From positions 7,710 to 71,709 of the IMG/VR virus record IMGVR_UViG_2758568506_000001: a stretch of 64,000 nt of DNA. The stretch is one strand, 5' to 3'. Of the stretch, positions 56,030 to 64,000 are shown in pieces. A model generated the notes under the pieces. It did not search any database. It worked only from the letters and a program-made list of their open reading frames with translations, and had not been told where the DNA came from. The translations under genes and the position numbers were made by a program. Numbering within the stretch: position 1 is the stretch's first letter; every line of letters begins with the position of its first letter. The DNA is from a virus (taxonomy: Duplodnaviria; Caudoviricetes).

Positions 56030-56383
56030 TCACTCAAACAAATCGCTAAGTTTTACGCCGTTGTAGCAATCAACTAGGACATCAGTCATGTTATCTAAGC
56101 CCATCATTAAATCATCGATAAAATCGTATTTTCTTCTATACCCTAGTTCATCAGCCAACTTGTCAATCGAGCCGCCATTAGCTTTAAGCCTGCTTCTTAA
56201 GTAATCTGCAGCATCATCATATGCATAGTCAATATCGTTGGCATAATCTGTATTGATGATTGACTCAGTTTTGTCGTAAAGCAAAATTGCATCTGGATCA
56301 TCTTTTGCTAAGCTACGCATTTCTTCATCTTGATTAATTTGATAAATAGTTTTCGATAATTTTTTGCCAGTTTTAACTTCCAT
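56030..56383 (-). CDS. Hypothetical phage protein
   Basis: Operon-coupled 117-aa ORF. Confidence 0.6.
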   Translation of the reverse strand: MEVKTGKKLSKTIYQINQDEEMRSLAKDDPDAILLYDKTESIINTDYANDIDYAYDDAADYLRSRLKANGGSIDKLADELGYRRKYDFIDDLMMGLDNMTDVLVDCYNGVKLSDLFE

Positions 56384-56588
56384 ATGGTATAATCTCCTTA
56401 TATGGTTTATATTTTTTAATTGAGTCCGATTGTCGTCGGGCTCTTTTTATGTTCCGGGAAGTCTTTCTGGTAGGGTCAATATGTAGATCGTTCCTACCAA
56501 ACCAAGAATTACTAGTAATAATGAGATTATCAGTGACATCTTGGTGTGTAGTTCTAGGTCTGTGTAGGTTCTTAAAAAGTTTGCCCAT
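56373..56588 (-). CDS. Hypothetical phage protein
   Basis: Co-oriented ORF coupled to 56030-56383. Confidence 0.45.
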   Translation of the reverse strand: MGKLFKNLHRPRTTHQDVTDNLIITSNSWFGRNDLHIDPTRKTSRNIKRARRQSDSIKKYKPYKEIIPYGS

Positions 56589-56607
56589 TTTTTCAATATC
56601 CTTTCAA

Positions 56608-56946
56608 TCATGGTAGTTTTGCGTCCCAATCTATTTCTGTATCATGTTCATCCATCCACTTTGCTGCCCTTCTTTGAAAAATAATTGTTGTTTTTCCGTT
56701 TTTAGTTCGCCGTGGATGTACTACCCACCCGCCGTTCTTAACATCAACTTCTGGATATTCGTCGAAAATGAATGTCCGTATCCACTCAGGTGCTCTATTT
56801 CCGCAATAATTTTCGCTAAATTCTTTCATCTTGATGGTTTTGCCTTCCAGCGACTCTGCTGGAACATAACCACGTTCTTGCATGATTTGATCAACCACTT
56901 CAATCAGAGGCCCCACTTGTATTTGTAGATTTACTAGATCAGTCAC
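56608..56946 (-). CDS. DUF771-like early protein
   Basis: PEWIRTFIF..GGWVVHP..AAKWMDEH. Confidence 0.6.
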   Translation of the reverse strand: MTDLVNLQIQVGPLIEVVDQIMQERGYVPAESLEGKTIKMKEFSENYCGNRAPEWIRTFIFDEYPEVDVKNGGWVVHPRRTKNGKTTIIFQRRAAKWMDEHDTEIDWDAKLP

Positions 56947-57184
56947 TTGATTTCACCTCGTTTTCCATTAGTTTTCTTCCTCTCTTAGTTTGTCTAAGCT
57001 GCTTTTAAAGTCTATCTTTCAAAACGGACTGGTATCGACTTTAGCTGATGATTCCGTTTATCAAGTTCTTTAATGGCTTCATTAGCTTTGATTTCAACTA
57101 AAGCTTTATTTTTATATTTCTTATCTTTTATAACTTTAAATTCAATCTCTATTTTGTTTAAACCAATTTGAGCTACTAACTTTT

Positions 57185-57520
57185 TCATTTTGTCTCGTTT
57201 TCGTTAATAATATTTTTTAATCGTTCTAGATTAAGCTCTTCTGGTTTTTTAATTTTGAATTCAGTTCCATCAATCCACACATAAAGCTTTTGTGACAGAC
57301 CACATTCCTTAGATATTCCTGTTAAAATTCTTGAATATTTTTCATCAATCAAAGTTGCCCGTTTTAGTTCATTTGGCTCCAATGACATTGTGGCTAAAGG
57401 TACTTTGCTGTTGTCTCTATCATGAGCATAAAAGATAACGCCATAACTTTTTGTATTTTGTTTTAAAATTTTCGAGTAATCATTTGATTGCTCTTTTTTA
57501 GTGCTGTCTTTTTCCATCAC
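57185..57520 (-). CDS. Hypothetical phage protein
   Basis: Coupled to the antirepressor stop. Confidence 0.55.
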   Translation of the reverse strand: MMEKDSTKKEQSNDYSKILKQNTKSYGVIFYAHDRDNSKVPLATMSLEPNELKRATLIDEKYSRILTGISKECGLSQKLYVWIDGTEFKIKKPEELNLERLKNIINENETK

Positions 57521-58266
57521 TACACCTCCAGCAAATTCATTTGTTCTAGTACAGGATGAATATTATCTTCAGCAAGTAAGTCATAGATGAACTTCTTTCC
57601 TTTCTGGGTCCACTTCAAATTGTTGTGGACACCCTGATCTTTCTTGCCATCTTTTGCATAAGAATATGGTTCATACTGTGTATAACCTTTTGCGTCATAT
57701 TTTCGATATAGCACCCACACTTTCCCTTGCTTATAAATAACATGACGATTATGAAGTTCAATGTTCATCTTCTTAGCAGTCCAGCCATAGTCCTTTGCTA
57801 TTTCAGTAGTTGTCATTAAGCCTGGATTGTGCATCTGGCTGTCGTAATAGTCTGCTTTTGGCTTAATTTTCAAATAAGCTTTCTTTTCCTCAACCCACTT
57901 TTGTGCCCTTTTGACTGGGTCTTCAATCATGTAGCTGTCGAGATGTCCAGCTTGAATTGCTTTTATTTCGTTCTCCATTTGATTAAAAGCATTGATATAC
58001 TTGAGCTTAAAATTGAGAGCCTTCTTTCCTGTAAATCCCATAGCCAATAATATAAAACCGTCTCGTGTCATAAAATATGCTCGGCGTTTTCTACCATAAC
58101 TATCAGGCTTGTTACCTTCTTCAAACATCTCCCCAAAATTGGGGACATCTTTTTGAATTGCTTCAATATCCCTTAAAATATGGTCATGTCTTTTTCCAAA
58201 CGTTTTTGCAACTTGTAAGCTGCTAGTCACAGCTTGTTGATTTTGCATAATTACTAATTCCTGCAT
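57520..58266 (-). CDS. Rha-KilAC/ANT antirepressor
   Basis: VTSSLQVAKTFGKRHDHILRDI; KPKADYYD..TTTEIAKDYG..KWTQKG. Confidence 0.9.
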   Translation of the reverse strand: MQELVIMQNQQAVTSSLQVAKTFGKRHDHILRDIEAIQKDVPNFGEMFEEGNKPDSYGRKRRAYFMTRDGFILLAMGFTGKKALNFKLKYINAFNQMENEIKAIQAGHLDSYMIEDPVKRAQKWVEEKKAYLKIKPKADYYDSQMHNPGLMTTTEIAKDYGWTAKKMNIELHNRHVIYKQGKVWVLYRKYDAKGYTQYEPYSYAKDGKKDQGVHNNLKWTQKGKKFIYDLLAEDNIHPVLEQMNLLEV

Positions 58267-58525
58267 GTTGTTTTCTTCTTTCCTTAACTATATTTATTTT
58301 TTGTTCTCTTTTGTCTACACTTTTTGTAAAAAAAATCGAAATTTTATTTTCTGGATATCCCAGTACAGTAAGCATTCGTGTAAATTCTTCCACTCCAATA
58401 TCTGATTTTCCATTTTCTTTTTTCCAATAACTTGTTCTGCTTATACCGCTACGTTTTGCCATTTCAGCCTGAGTTAACCCTTTAGCAACTCGTTCAGCTT
58501 TCAGACGCTTAAAATTAAAAATCAC
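58223..58525 (-). CDS. Cro-like XRE protein
   Basis: RLKAERVAKGLTQAEMAK..YWKKENG. Confidence 0.8.
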   Translation of the reverse strand: MIFNFKRLKAERVAKGLTQAEMAKRSGISRTSYWKKENGKSDIGVEEFTRMLTVLGYPENKISIFFTKSVDKREQKINIVKERRKQHAGISNYAKSTSCD

Positions 58526-58538
58526 TTTTCCGCCTCCT

Positions 58539-58633
58539 GTTCACTTTAGCGAACAAATATATAATAATTCCTTTGTTTCTTTTTGTCAACAAAAATATCA
58601 AAAAAATAATTTTATTGTTTATTTTAATGAACA
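58539..58633. promoter_or_regulatory. cI/cro operators of element B (TGTT-N10-AACA)
   Basis: TGTTCACTTTAGCGAACA, TGTTTCTTTTTGTCAACA, TGTTTATTTTAATGAACA. Confidence 0.55.
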
Positions 58634-58670
58634 TCAGTAATATAATATTATTTAAAAGTAAGGAGAGAAA

Positions 58671-59321
58671 ATGAAAACAAGTAGACAAATAATTGACGAA
58701 CTTAATGAACTAAGAAAAGAGCAAGGTATGTCAATTACGGAACTAGCGAAACATGTAGGGATGGCTAAGTCGGGTGTGTCAAAATATTTTAATCATACAA
58801 GAGAATTTCCAATTAACAGAACCCCAGAATTTGCTAAAGCTTTACATACTACGGTTGAAAAAGTTTTAGGAGTTGACAATAGTCAATCCGATTTAGATCC
58901 CAAATTTCCTTCTAATGCAATAGATTTATCAAATTTGCATCATGTACGCATTCCTATTGTTGGTGATATAGCTTGTGGTACCCCTATTACTGCTGAACAA
59001 AACGTTGAAGGTTATCACGATGTTTACTTAAAACACGTGCCAGCTGGTAAATTGTTTGCATTACGCTGTAAAGGCGACTCTATGGAGCCTAGAATTCCAA
59101 ATGGTGCATATGTTACTATTCTTCAACAGCCAACGATTGAAACAAACGAAGTTGCAGCAGTTTTAATTAATGGTGAAGCGACGCTTAAACAATTTAAGCA
59201 AATGGATTCAAAACACGCTATCCTCTACCCCTTTAATACTAAATATGAACCCATTTTTTTAGATGGTAATGATGATGTAAAAATACTAGGAAAAGCTATC
59301 CATTACGATGGCGAACTATAG
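58671..59321 (+). CDS. CI repressor, XRE + S24 peptidase (LexA-like)
   Basis: HTH; IACG Ala/Cys-Gly cleavage site, GDSMEP, ATLKQF. Confidence 0.95.
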   Translation: MKTSRQIIDELNELRKEQGMSITELAKHVGMAKSGVSKYFNHTREFPINRTPEFAKALHTTVEKVLGVDNSQSDLDPKFPSNAIDLSNLHHVRIPIVGDIACGTPITAEQNVEGYHDVYLKHVPAGKLFALRCKGDSMEPRIPNGAYVTILQQPTIETNEVAAVLINGEATLKQFKQMDSKHAILYPFNTKYEPIFLDGNDDVKILGKAIHYDGEL

Positions 59322-59356
59322 AATTTAACTAAGATATAAAATAGGTTTAATAAATA

Positions 59357-59989
59357 ATGGCAAATTTAGGTTCTAAATTAAAAGCGTATAGGAACAGTAA
59401 AAAATTAACTTTAGAGCAGTTAGCACAAGCATTAAATTCTAAATATTCAAATGCAAAAATATCAAAAGGTAGGCTCTCACGTTGGGAAAATGATAAGGAA
59501 GAACCCAAACTTTCTTCTTTAAAATTATTAGCTGATTATTTTGATGTTTCTTTAGATAACTTAATAGGATTGAATGAGGAAATAGTTTCAAATACAACTC
59601 CAGAATATTTATTGAAAGATAAATCTCCTTCTAACAAGGATGGCATATCCTGGCAAGACATAGATTTACCATATATTGGAGAAGTTCCGGATGAATTAAA
59701 AAGATATTTTCATGCAATTTCAAAGGTGTATGTAAACTATCATCCTGAAATTATCCAGTCTAAAAAAATTAAAGATGAAACAAAAATATCAAAGTACATT
59801 GGTCTACAAATAAAAAAATTGCGTAAGTCATTAGATATGGATCAGCAAACCTTTGCAGACAAAATTGGCACTTTACGCATAAATGTTTCCAGATATGAAA
59901 ATGGATTAAGAAATGTTAATTCGGAAATAATTTTTAAAATAGCTAAGGAATTTAATATTGATATTAATTATTTCTTTCCTAAAATATAA
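59357..59989 (+). CDS. Double XRE-HTH regulator
   Basis: Two HTHs (LSRWEND; VSRYENG). Confidence 0.8.
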   Translation: MANLGSKLKAYRNSKKLTLEQLAQALNSKYSNAKISKGRLSRWENDKEEPKLSSLKLLADYFDVSLDNLIGLNEEIVSNTTPEYLLKDKSPSNKDGISWQDIDLPYIGEVPDELKRYFHAISKVYVNYHPEIIQSKKIKDETKISKYIGLQIKKLRKSLDMDQQTFADKIGTLRINVSRYENGLRNVNSEIIFKIAKEFNIDINYFFPKI

Positions 59990-60100
59990 AATCATTAAGC
60001 TGTCCAATTAATATTAAGAAGAAAGTTTTAGGAAAAATATAATGGTTTAAAATATTAATAACAATAATTTTGTTATGCACCATACTTAATGGAATAGGAT

Positions 60101-60976
60101 ATGAAATATACTATGAATCTTAAAAAAATTATACATAGTTTAATGTTGAAAAAAGCTCAGCAATATAAGCATAAAAAGTATATGCTTACAAAATCTTCTC
60201 AGATTATAGCTGCTAAACAAAAAAAGGAAAACTATATTACTAAGCTTGAAGACAAATACCGAGAAAATAACTATAATAATATTCCTTATATTAAAGATGA
60301 AGAATCAGCCGAATATGTTTTAAATAATTGGAATACTTCCGCCCCCGTACCACGTGCTTACATGAAAAATCAGATTTTTAAGGGCAAAAAGCTTGTTACG
60401 GGCGAAATAGTTTTATTATGGTGGTTAACATCTCGAAAAAATACTAATAGTATTCCGCTTTACTTTTATAGAGAATATGGAATTAATGCTAATGAAAGTA
60501 TTAAAAAACTGCAACGTTACGGATTATTATCTACTGAAAAAAGACTAACTTTAGATGGAAAACAACTTCTAAAAAACAAACAAAAAATTATTCATAACCA
60601 TAAAACCGATAAAACTTGGGCAGGAATTGGCCCGATTAAGTATCATTATAACAAAGTCAAAGAAGCCGAAGAGTTAGAAAATGCAACCTATCAAGAATAT
60701 TTAGATAGTGGCATAAAGCAATATTCTTTTCTAGCTACACTTGATACAAAAACTTGCTCTATATGTGGTAACTTAGATGGAAAAATATTCGACATTAAAG
60801 AAACAAAGACAGGTATCAACTATCCTTTAATACATCCTGGTTGTAGATGTACAACTATGCCATACATCGAGGGCTTGCCTGATAGTTCCGAAAGATGGGC
60901 ACGAAATCCGAAAACGGGAAAGGGAGAATATATCGATAATATTAGTTTTAACAAATGGAAAAGTAAATATATTTAG
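60101..60976 (+). CDS. Chimeric protein: winged-helix-like domain plus MuF Cys-rich subdomain
   Basis: C-terminal LATLD..TCSICG.LDG..HPGCRCTT matches MuF 41217-42641. Confidence 0.75.
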   Translation: MKYTMNLKKIIHSLMLKKAQQYKHKKYMLTKSSQIIAAKQKKENYITKLEDKYRENNYNNIPYIKDEESAEYVLNNWNTSAPVPRAYMKNQIFKGKKLVTGEIVLLWWLTSRKNTNSIPLYFYREYGINANESIKKLQRYGLLSTEKRLTLDGKQLLKNKQKIIHNHKTDKTWAGIGPIKYHYNKVKEAEELENATYQEYLDSGIKQYSFLATLDTKTCSICGNLDGKIFDIKETKTGINYPLIHPGCRCTTMPYIEGLPDSSERWARNPKTGKGEYIDNISFNKWKSKYI

Positions 60977-61027
60977 AAAGATAAAAACTGCTGTACTTCT
61001 ATAGCACAGCAGTTATCTTAATAAAAT

Positions 61028-61609
61028 CTAATTTACTCCAAGTTTGTTACTTTGAGATGTAAACTTGCCAAGCTTGAATGTCTTTTGGCCAATTTTTGGT
61101 CCATCAACACCTTTGGTAGCTTTCAAAGTAACGGGAATCTTATTACTATCAAGGTTATATGCAATAGCACCTTCGAGTTTTCCACCTTTTTTTATGGACT
61201 TATTTTGATTATTCAAGATTTTACCAGCATAGTTCAAAGGTGTTGAACCAACTTCTAGTTTGCCATCTGTATTTTTATTATCTTGATATGCATTGAATAC
61301 GGCCAACCAAGAAGTTGTGATATCTAATTTCTTTTTACTCTTATTTTTTACAATATATTCAAAAGCTATTTGTTTTTTATCCTTAGGAGTTAATCCCTTA
61401 AAAAACCTAACTTTTGTAATAGTTATATCTAAATCACGGATACTTGCCTTTTCACCATCAAAATAATACTTTGGCTTAGGTTTAACTGTGGATGTTTTAG
61501 ATTGATTATTACTCTTGTTAGTAGAGGAACTAGAGCATCCCGCTAATGACAAACTTGCAATCACAGCAGAAATAATTGTAATAATTTTCTTCATAGTATA
61601 CTCCTTCAT
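61028..61609 (-). CDS. Lipoprotein, DUF5067-like
   Basis: Lipobox LAGC; IAFEYIVKN..FNAYQD. Confidence 0.75.
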   Translation of the reverse strand: MKEYTMKKIITIISAVIASLSLAGCSSSSTNKSNNQSKTSTVKPKPKYYFDGEKASIRDLDITITKVRFFKGLTPKDKKQIAFEYIVKNKSKKKLDITTSWLAVFNAYQDNKNTDGKLEVGSTPLNYAGKILNNQNKSIKKGGKLEGAIAYNLDSNKIPVTLKATKGVDGPKIGQKTFKLGKFTSQSNKLGVN

Positions 61610-61701
61610 AAAATGATTATTTCATATATATAATTATTATATTTGATTAAAAATATAAAGAAAAGAGTAATTTTGTCCACAACACCAGTGACGTTAAACC
61701 T

Positions 61702-62571
61702 ATGGCAGTATTTTGGGAGAAAGTAATGAGTAAAGAGAGTAAAGAGAGTAAAGAAATAATCTACTTAGACACAATCGAGTTGTATTCATCTTTAGCACAA
61801 ATTGATCATGGACTTATTGAATCTATTCAGTCTGGTAAGCAAAAGAGCGAAAGCCAAGAAAATTCAACCAAAGGAGCCGGCGATATAGAAACAAGTTTAT
61901 TCAAGTTAGTTGAAGGAGGTATACAATTAGAATTAACAAATTCTCAAAGCAATTTATCTTCTGAACAAGAACTAGTAAATATTACCTTTAATGATTATCA
62001 ATTAGATAGATTACTTAACAAATTAGGTGTAGGCAAACTTAACAACAATTCCAAGCAAGGTGATCCTACAATAGAGAATGGTGAATTTGAAATATATGAC
62101 TTTTCGTCATTAGCTAGCTTGAGCAATGATTCTTTTGGAAGTTTTATTAACTTATTAATGGAGTTTGCTAATGATCAAAAAGACGTAGAAGATGATAAAG
62201 AAGCTAAAGATATTAAAACTGGACTGGATATACTTAAGAAATATGGTCAAGTTATGACAGACTTATTACCTGAAACTGTGTTGTTAAAAGTTGGCAATAG
62301 TATTTCATTCTTAAAAACAGGCTGTTTAAGAATGAGCAACAGTCAATTACAATTACTTTCTGGATCTATACGAAAAATTCATGTTTTAGGTGTGATTGAA
62401 AATGAGATTTCAAATGAAAAGAGAGAACTAGAATCATTATTTGAAAAGATTGGCGATAATCCTAGTTTAATAACTAAGTTTGTCCCTGATTTTATTGACT
62501 TCTTATTGATTCAAAGTCAAATTGCACAAAAAAACGACAAACTTATCAAGCCTGTCGCAGTTTATTTTTAA
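61702..62571 (+). CDS. Hypothetical protein, DUF6414-like
   Basis: IIYLD..SSLAQI..GL start; C-terminal IKPVAVYF. Confidence 0.5.
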   Translation: MAVFWEKVMSKESKESKEIIYLDTIELYSSLAQIDHGLIESIQSGKQKSESQENSTKGAGDIETSLFKLVEGGIQLELTNSQSNLSSEQELVNITFNDYQLDRLLNKLGVGKLNNNSKQGDPTIENGEFEIYDFSSLASLSNDSFGSFINLLMEFANDQKDVEDDKEAKDIKTGLDILKKYGQVMTDLLPETVLLKVGNSISFLKTGCLRMSNSQLQLLSGSIRKIHVLGVIENEISNEKRELESLFEKIGDNPSLITKFVPDFIDFLLIQSQIAQKNDKLIKPVAVYF

Positions 62572-62914
62572 ATCTTATTAAACCAAGAATCATTTTTATC
62601 TTTTAATTTTTTAAACTCTTTATGCGATTTTTTGATTTTTTCTTCAGTAAAAAGCTTGTTCTTCTTTACATCAGTAGCTAATGAGGCAAAATTTTCTAAA
62701 ATTAATTTCTTATACTTCATTTTAACCACCCTTCTTACTTTGAGTTAAGTATAAAACATTTAAAGATTAAAGCAAATACTAAATTCAAAAACGTATAAAA
62801 ATCAACAAAAAGCCCCTAAGAACTTGCTTGGAACCAACTCTTAAAGGCTTAATCACTGTAGACAAAAGCTTTTTGTCTACCCTATTTTAGCAAATTTTAA
62901 AGGGAAAATAAAAT

Positions 62915-64000
62915 ATGGCATATTTCAAAAAACGCGGCAACAGTTGGCAAGCACAAGTATCGTGGTATGACACAGACAATACTAGGAAGTATAAAACCAA
63001 AAGTGGCTTTGCTACTAAGACTCAAGCTAAAAAGTGGGCTAATGAATTCGAAGTTGCTAAAGATAAAAATCAAATAACAAATTATGACCCTATTTTTATT
63101 GAATACTTTTTAGATTGGGCCAAAACTTATCGCATCCCTGGCAAAACAACCACTTCTGTTGATAGATATTACCAAATTTACAAGCACCTAAAAGAATATT
63201 TTAAAAATCAAAAACTAAGTAAAATTAGTCGATCTCAATATCAAAAATTTATTAACGAATATGGTAGCAAACACGCTAAAATAACAGTACAAAAAAATCA
63301 TAGTACAATTAGCGCTTGCGTGAATGACGCAATTGCAGATAAGATTATTACCACTGATTTTACTAAACGAATTAATTTAATTTGGGATAAAGACAAAACT
63401 AGAACGGTTGATTATTTAACTAATAAAGAAGTTGTTGCATTACTTGCAAATTTAGAAAATAAAATTAATCCACGTTTTACTAGTCGTTACATGATAATAA
63501 CTGCGCTTTATACTGGAATGCGAATTGGCGAAATCATGGCTCTTGAATGGACTGATATTAATTTTAAGAAAAATACCATTTCAATCACTAAGACTTACGA
63601 TTATATCAATAACAAACTTAAAGAACCCAAAACCCCTTCTTCTATTAGAACGATTAGAGTCAATGATAGTTTGCTAAATTTATTGCAACAGCTTAACACT
63701 AATAATCAAAAATTTGTCTTTGCAGACAAAAATGGTAAGCTTCCATCACCCGCTGGCATAAATAAAGTTTTGCGCATCCACTTAAAAGAATGCGATATTA
63801 ATCGAAGTGGTTTCCATTTTCATAGTCTAAGACACACGCATGTGGCTATGCTTCTTTTTAAAGGAATTGATCTATATGCTATTTCTAAGCGTTTAGGACA
63901 CTCAAATATGACTATAACAGCCAAAGCATATGCTTACATGTTAGAAGAATATAAGGCTCAGCAAGATGACAAAATTGAGAACATACTTAATGAGATATAA
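62915..64000 (+). CDS. int: Tyrosine integrase
   Basis: TGMRIGE, FHFHSLRHTH, RLGHSN, YAY catalytic motifs; N-terminal arm-binding domain. Confidence 0.97.
   Translation: MAYFKKRGNSWQAQVSWYDTDNTRKYKTKSGFATKTQAKKWANEFEVAKDKNQITNYDPIFIEYFLDWAKTYRIPGKTTTSVDRYYQIYKHLKEYFKNQKLSKISRSQYQKFINEYGSKHAKITVQKNHSTISACVNDAIADKIITTDFTKRINLIWDKDKTRTVDYLTNKEVVALLANLENKINPRFTSRYMIITALYTGMRIGEIMALEWTDINFKKNTISITKTYDYINNKLKEPKTPSSIRTIRVNDSLLNLLQQLNTNNQKFVFADKNGKLPSPAGINKVLRIHLKECDINRSGFHFHSLRHTHVAMLLFKGIDLYAISKRLGHSNMTITAKAYAYMLEEYKAQQDDKIENILNEI

Larger units (their letters stand above)
40336..64000 (-). mobile_element. Element B: integrase-type prophage (pac/SPP1-like head), interrupted in the scaffolding gene
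   Basis: int, cI, cro, antirepressor, replication, ArpU, terS/terL, portal, MuF in standard order; capsid and tail genes are absent after 40336. Confidence 0.85.

Noticed and set aside
62575-64000. attL/attR sites
   Set aside because: The window ends at the integrase stop and lacks the other prophage end, so no att core can be paired

Overview
AT-rich Lactobacillaceae-type DNA (host inferred from SLAP-domain, ArpU and DUF5388-like genes) made of two joined temperate siphovirus genomes, both with lytic genes on the minus strand. Element A (1 to ~40335) has an HK97-type head, cos/HNH packaging, a long tail and a Prim-Pol/VapE lytic replication module. It has no integrase in the window. Where the integrase should be, it carries a plasmid-type module: two initiator-like genes, iterons, a predicted antisense-RNA attenuator and parA with a small partner. 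This suggests a phage-plasmid. Element B (~40335-64000) is an integrase-type prophage with a pac-type terminase, SPP1-like portal and MuF toxin. It breaks off inside its scaffolding gene, which is fused in frame to an amidase endolysin. B also carries IetAS-like and Abi-alpha-like defence genes. The most notable features outside the ORF track are: a 43-nt tRNA-elbow-like RNA with compensatory changes downstream of both ArpU genes; three tandem origin units with different iterons plus a silent alternative VapE C-terminus; a multi-pseudoknot RNA candidate between convergent promoters; and a MuF subdomain reused in a lysogeny-module protein. All family assignments come from manual motif recognition; no searches were run.
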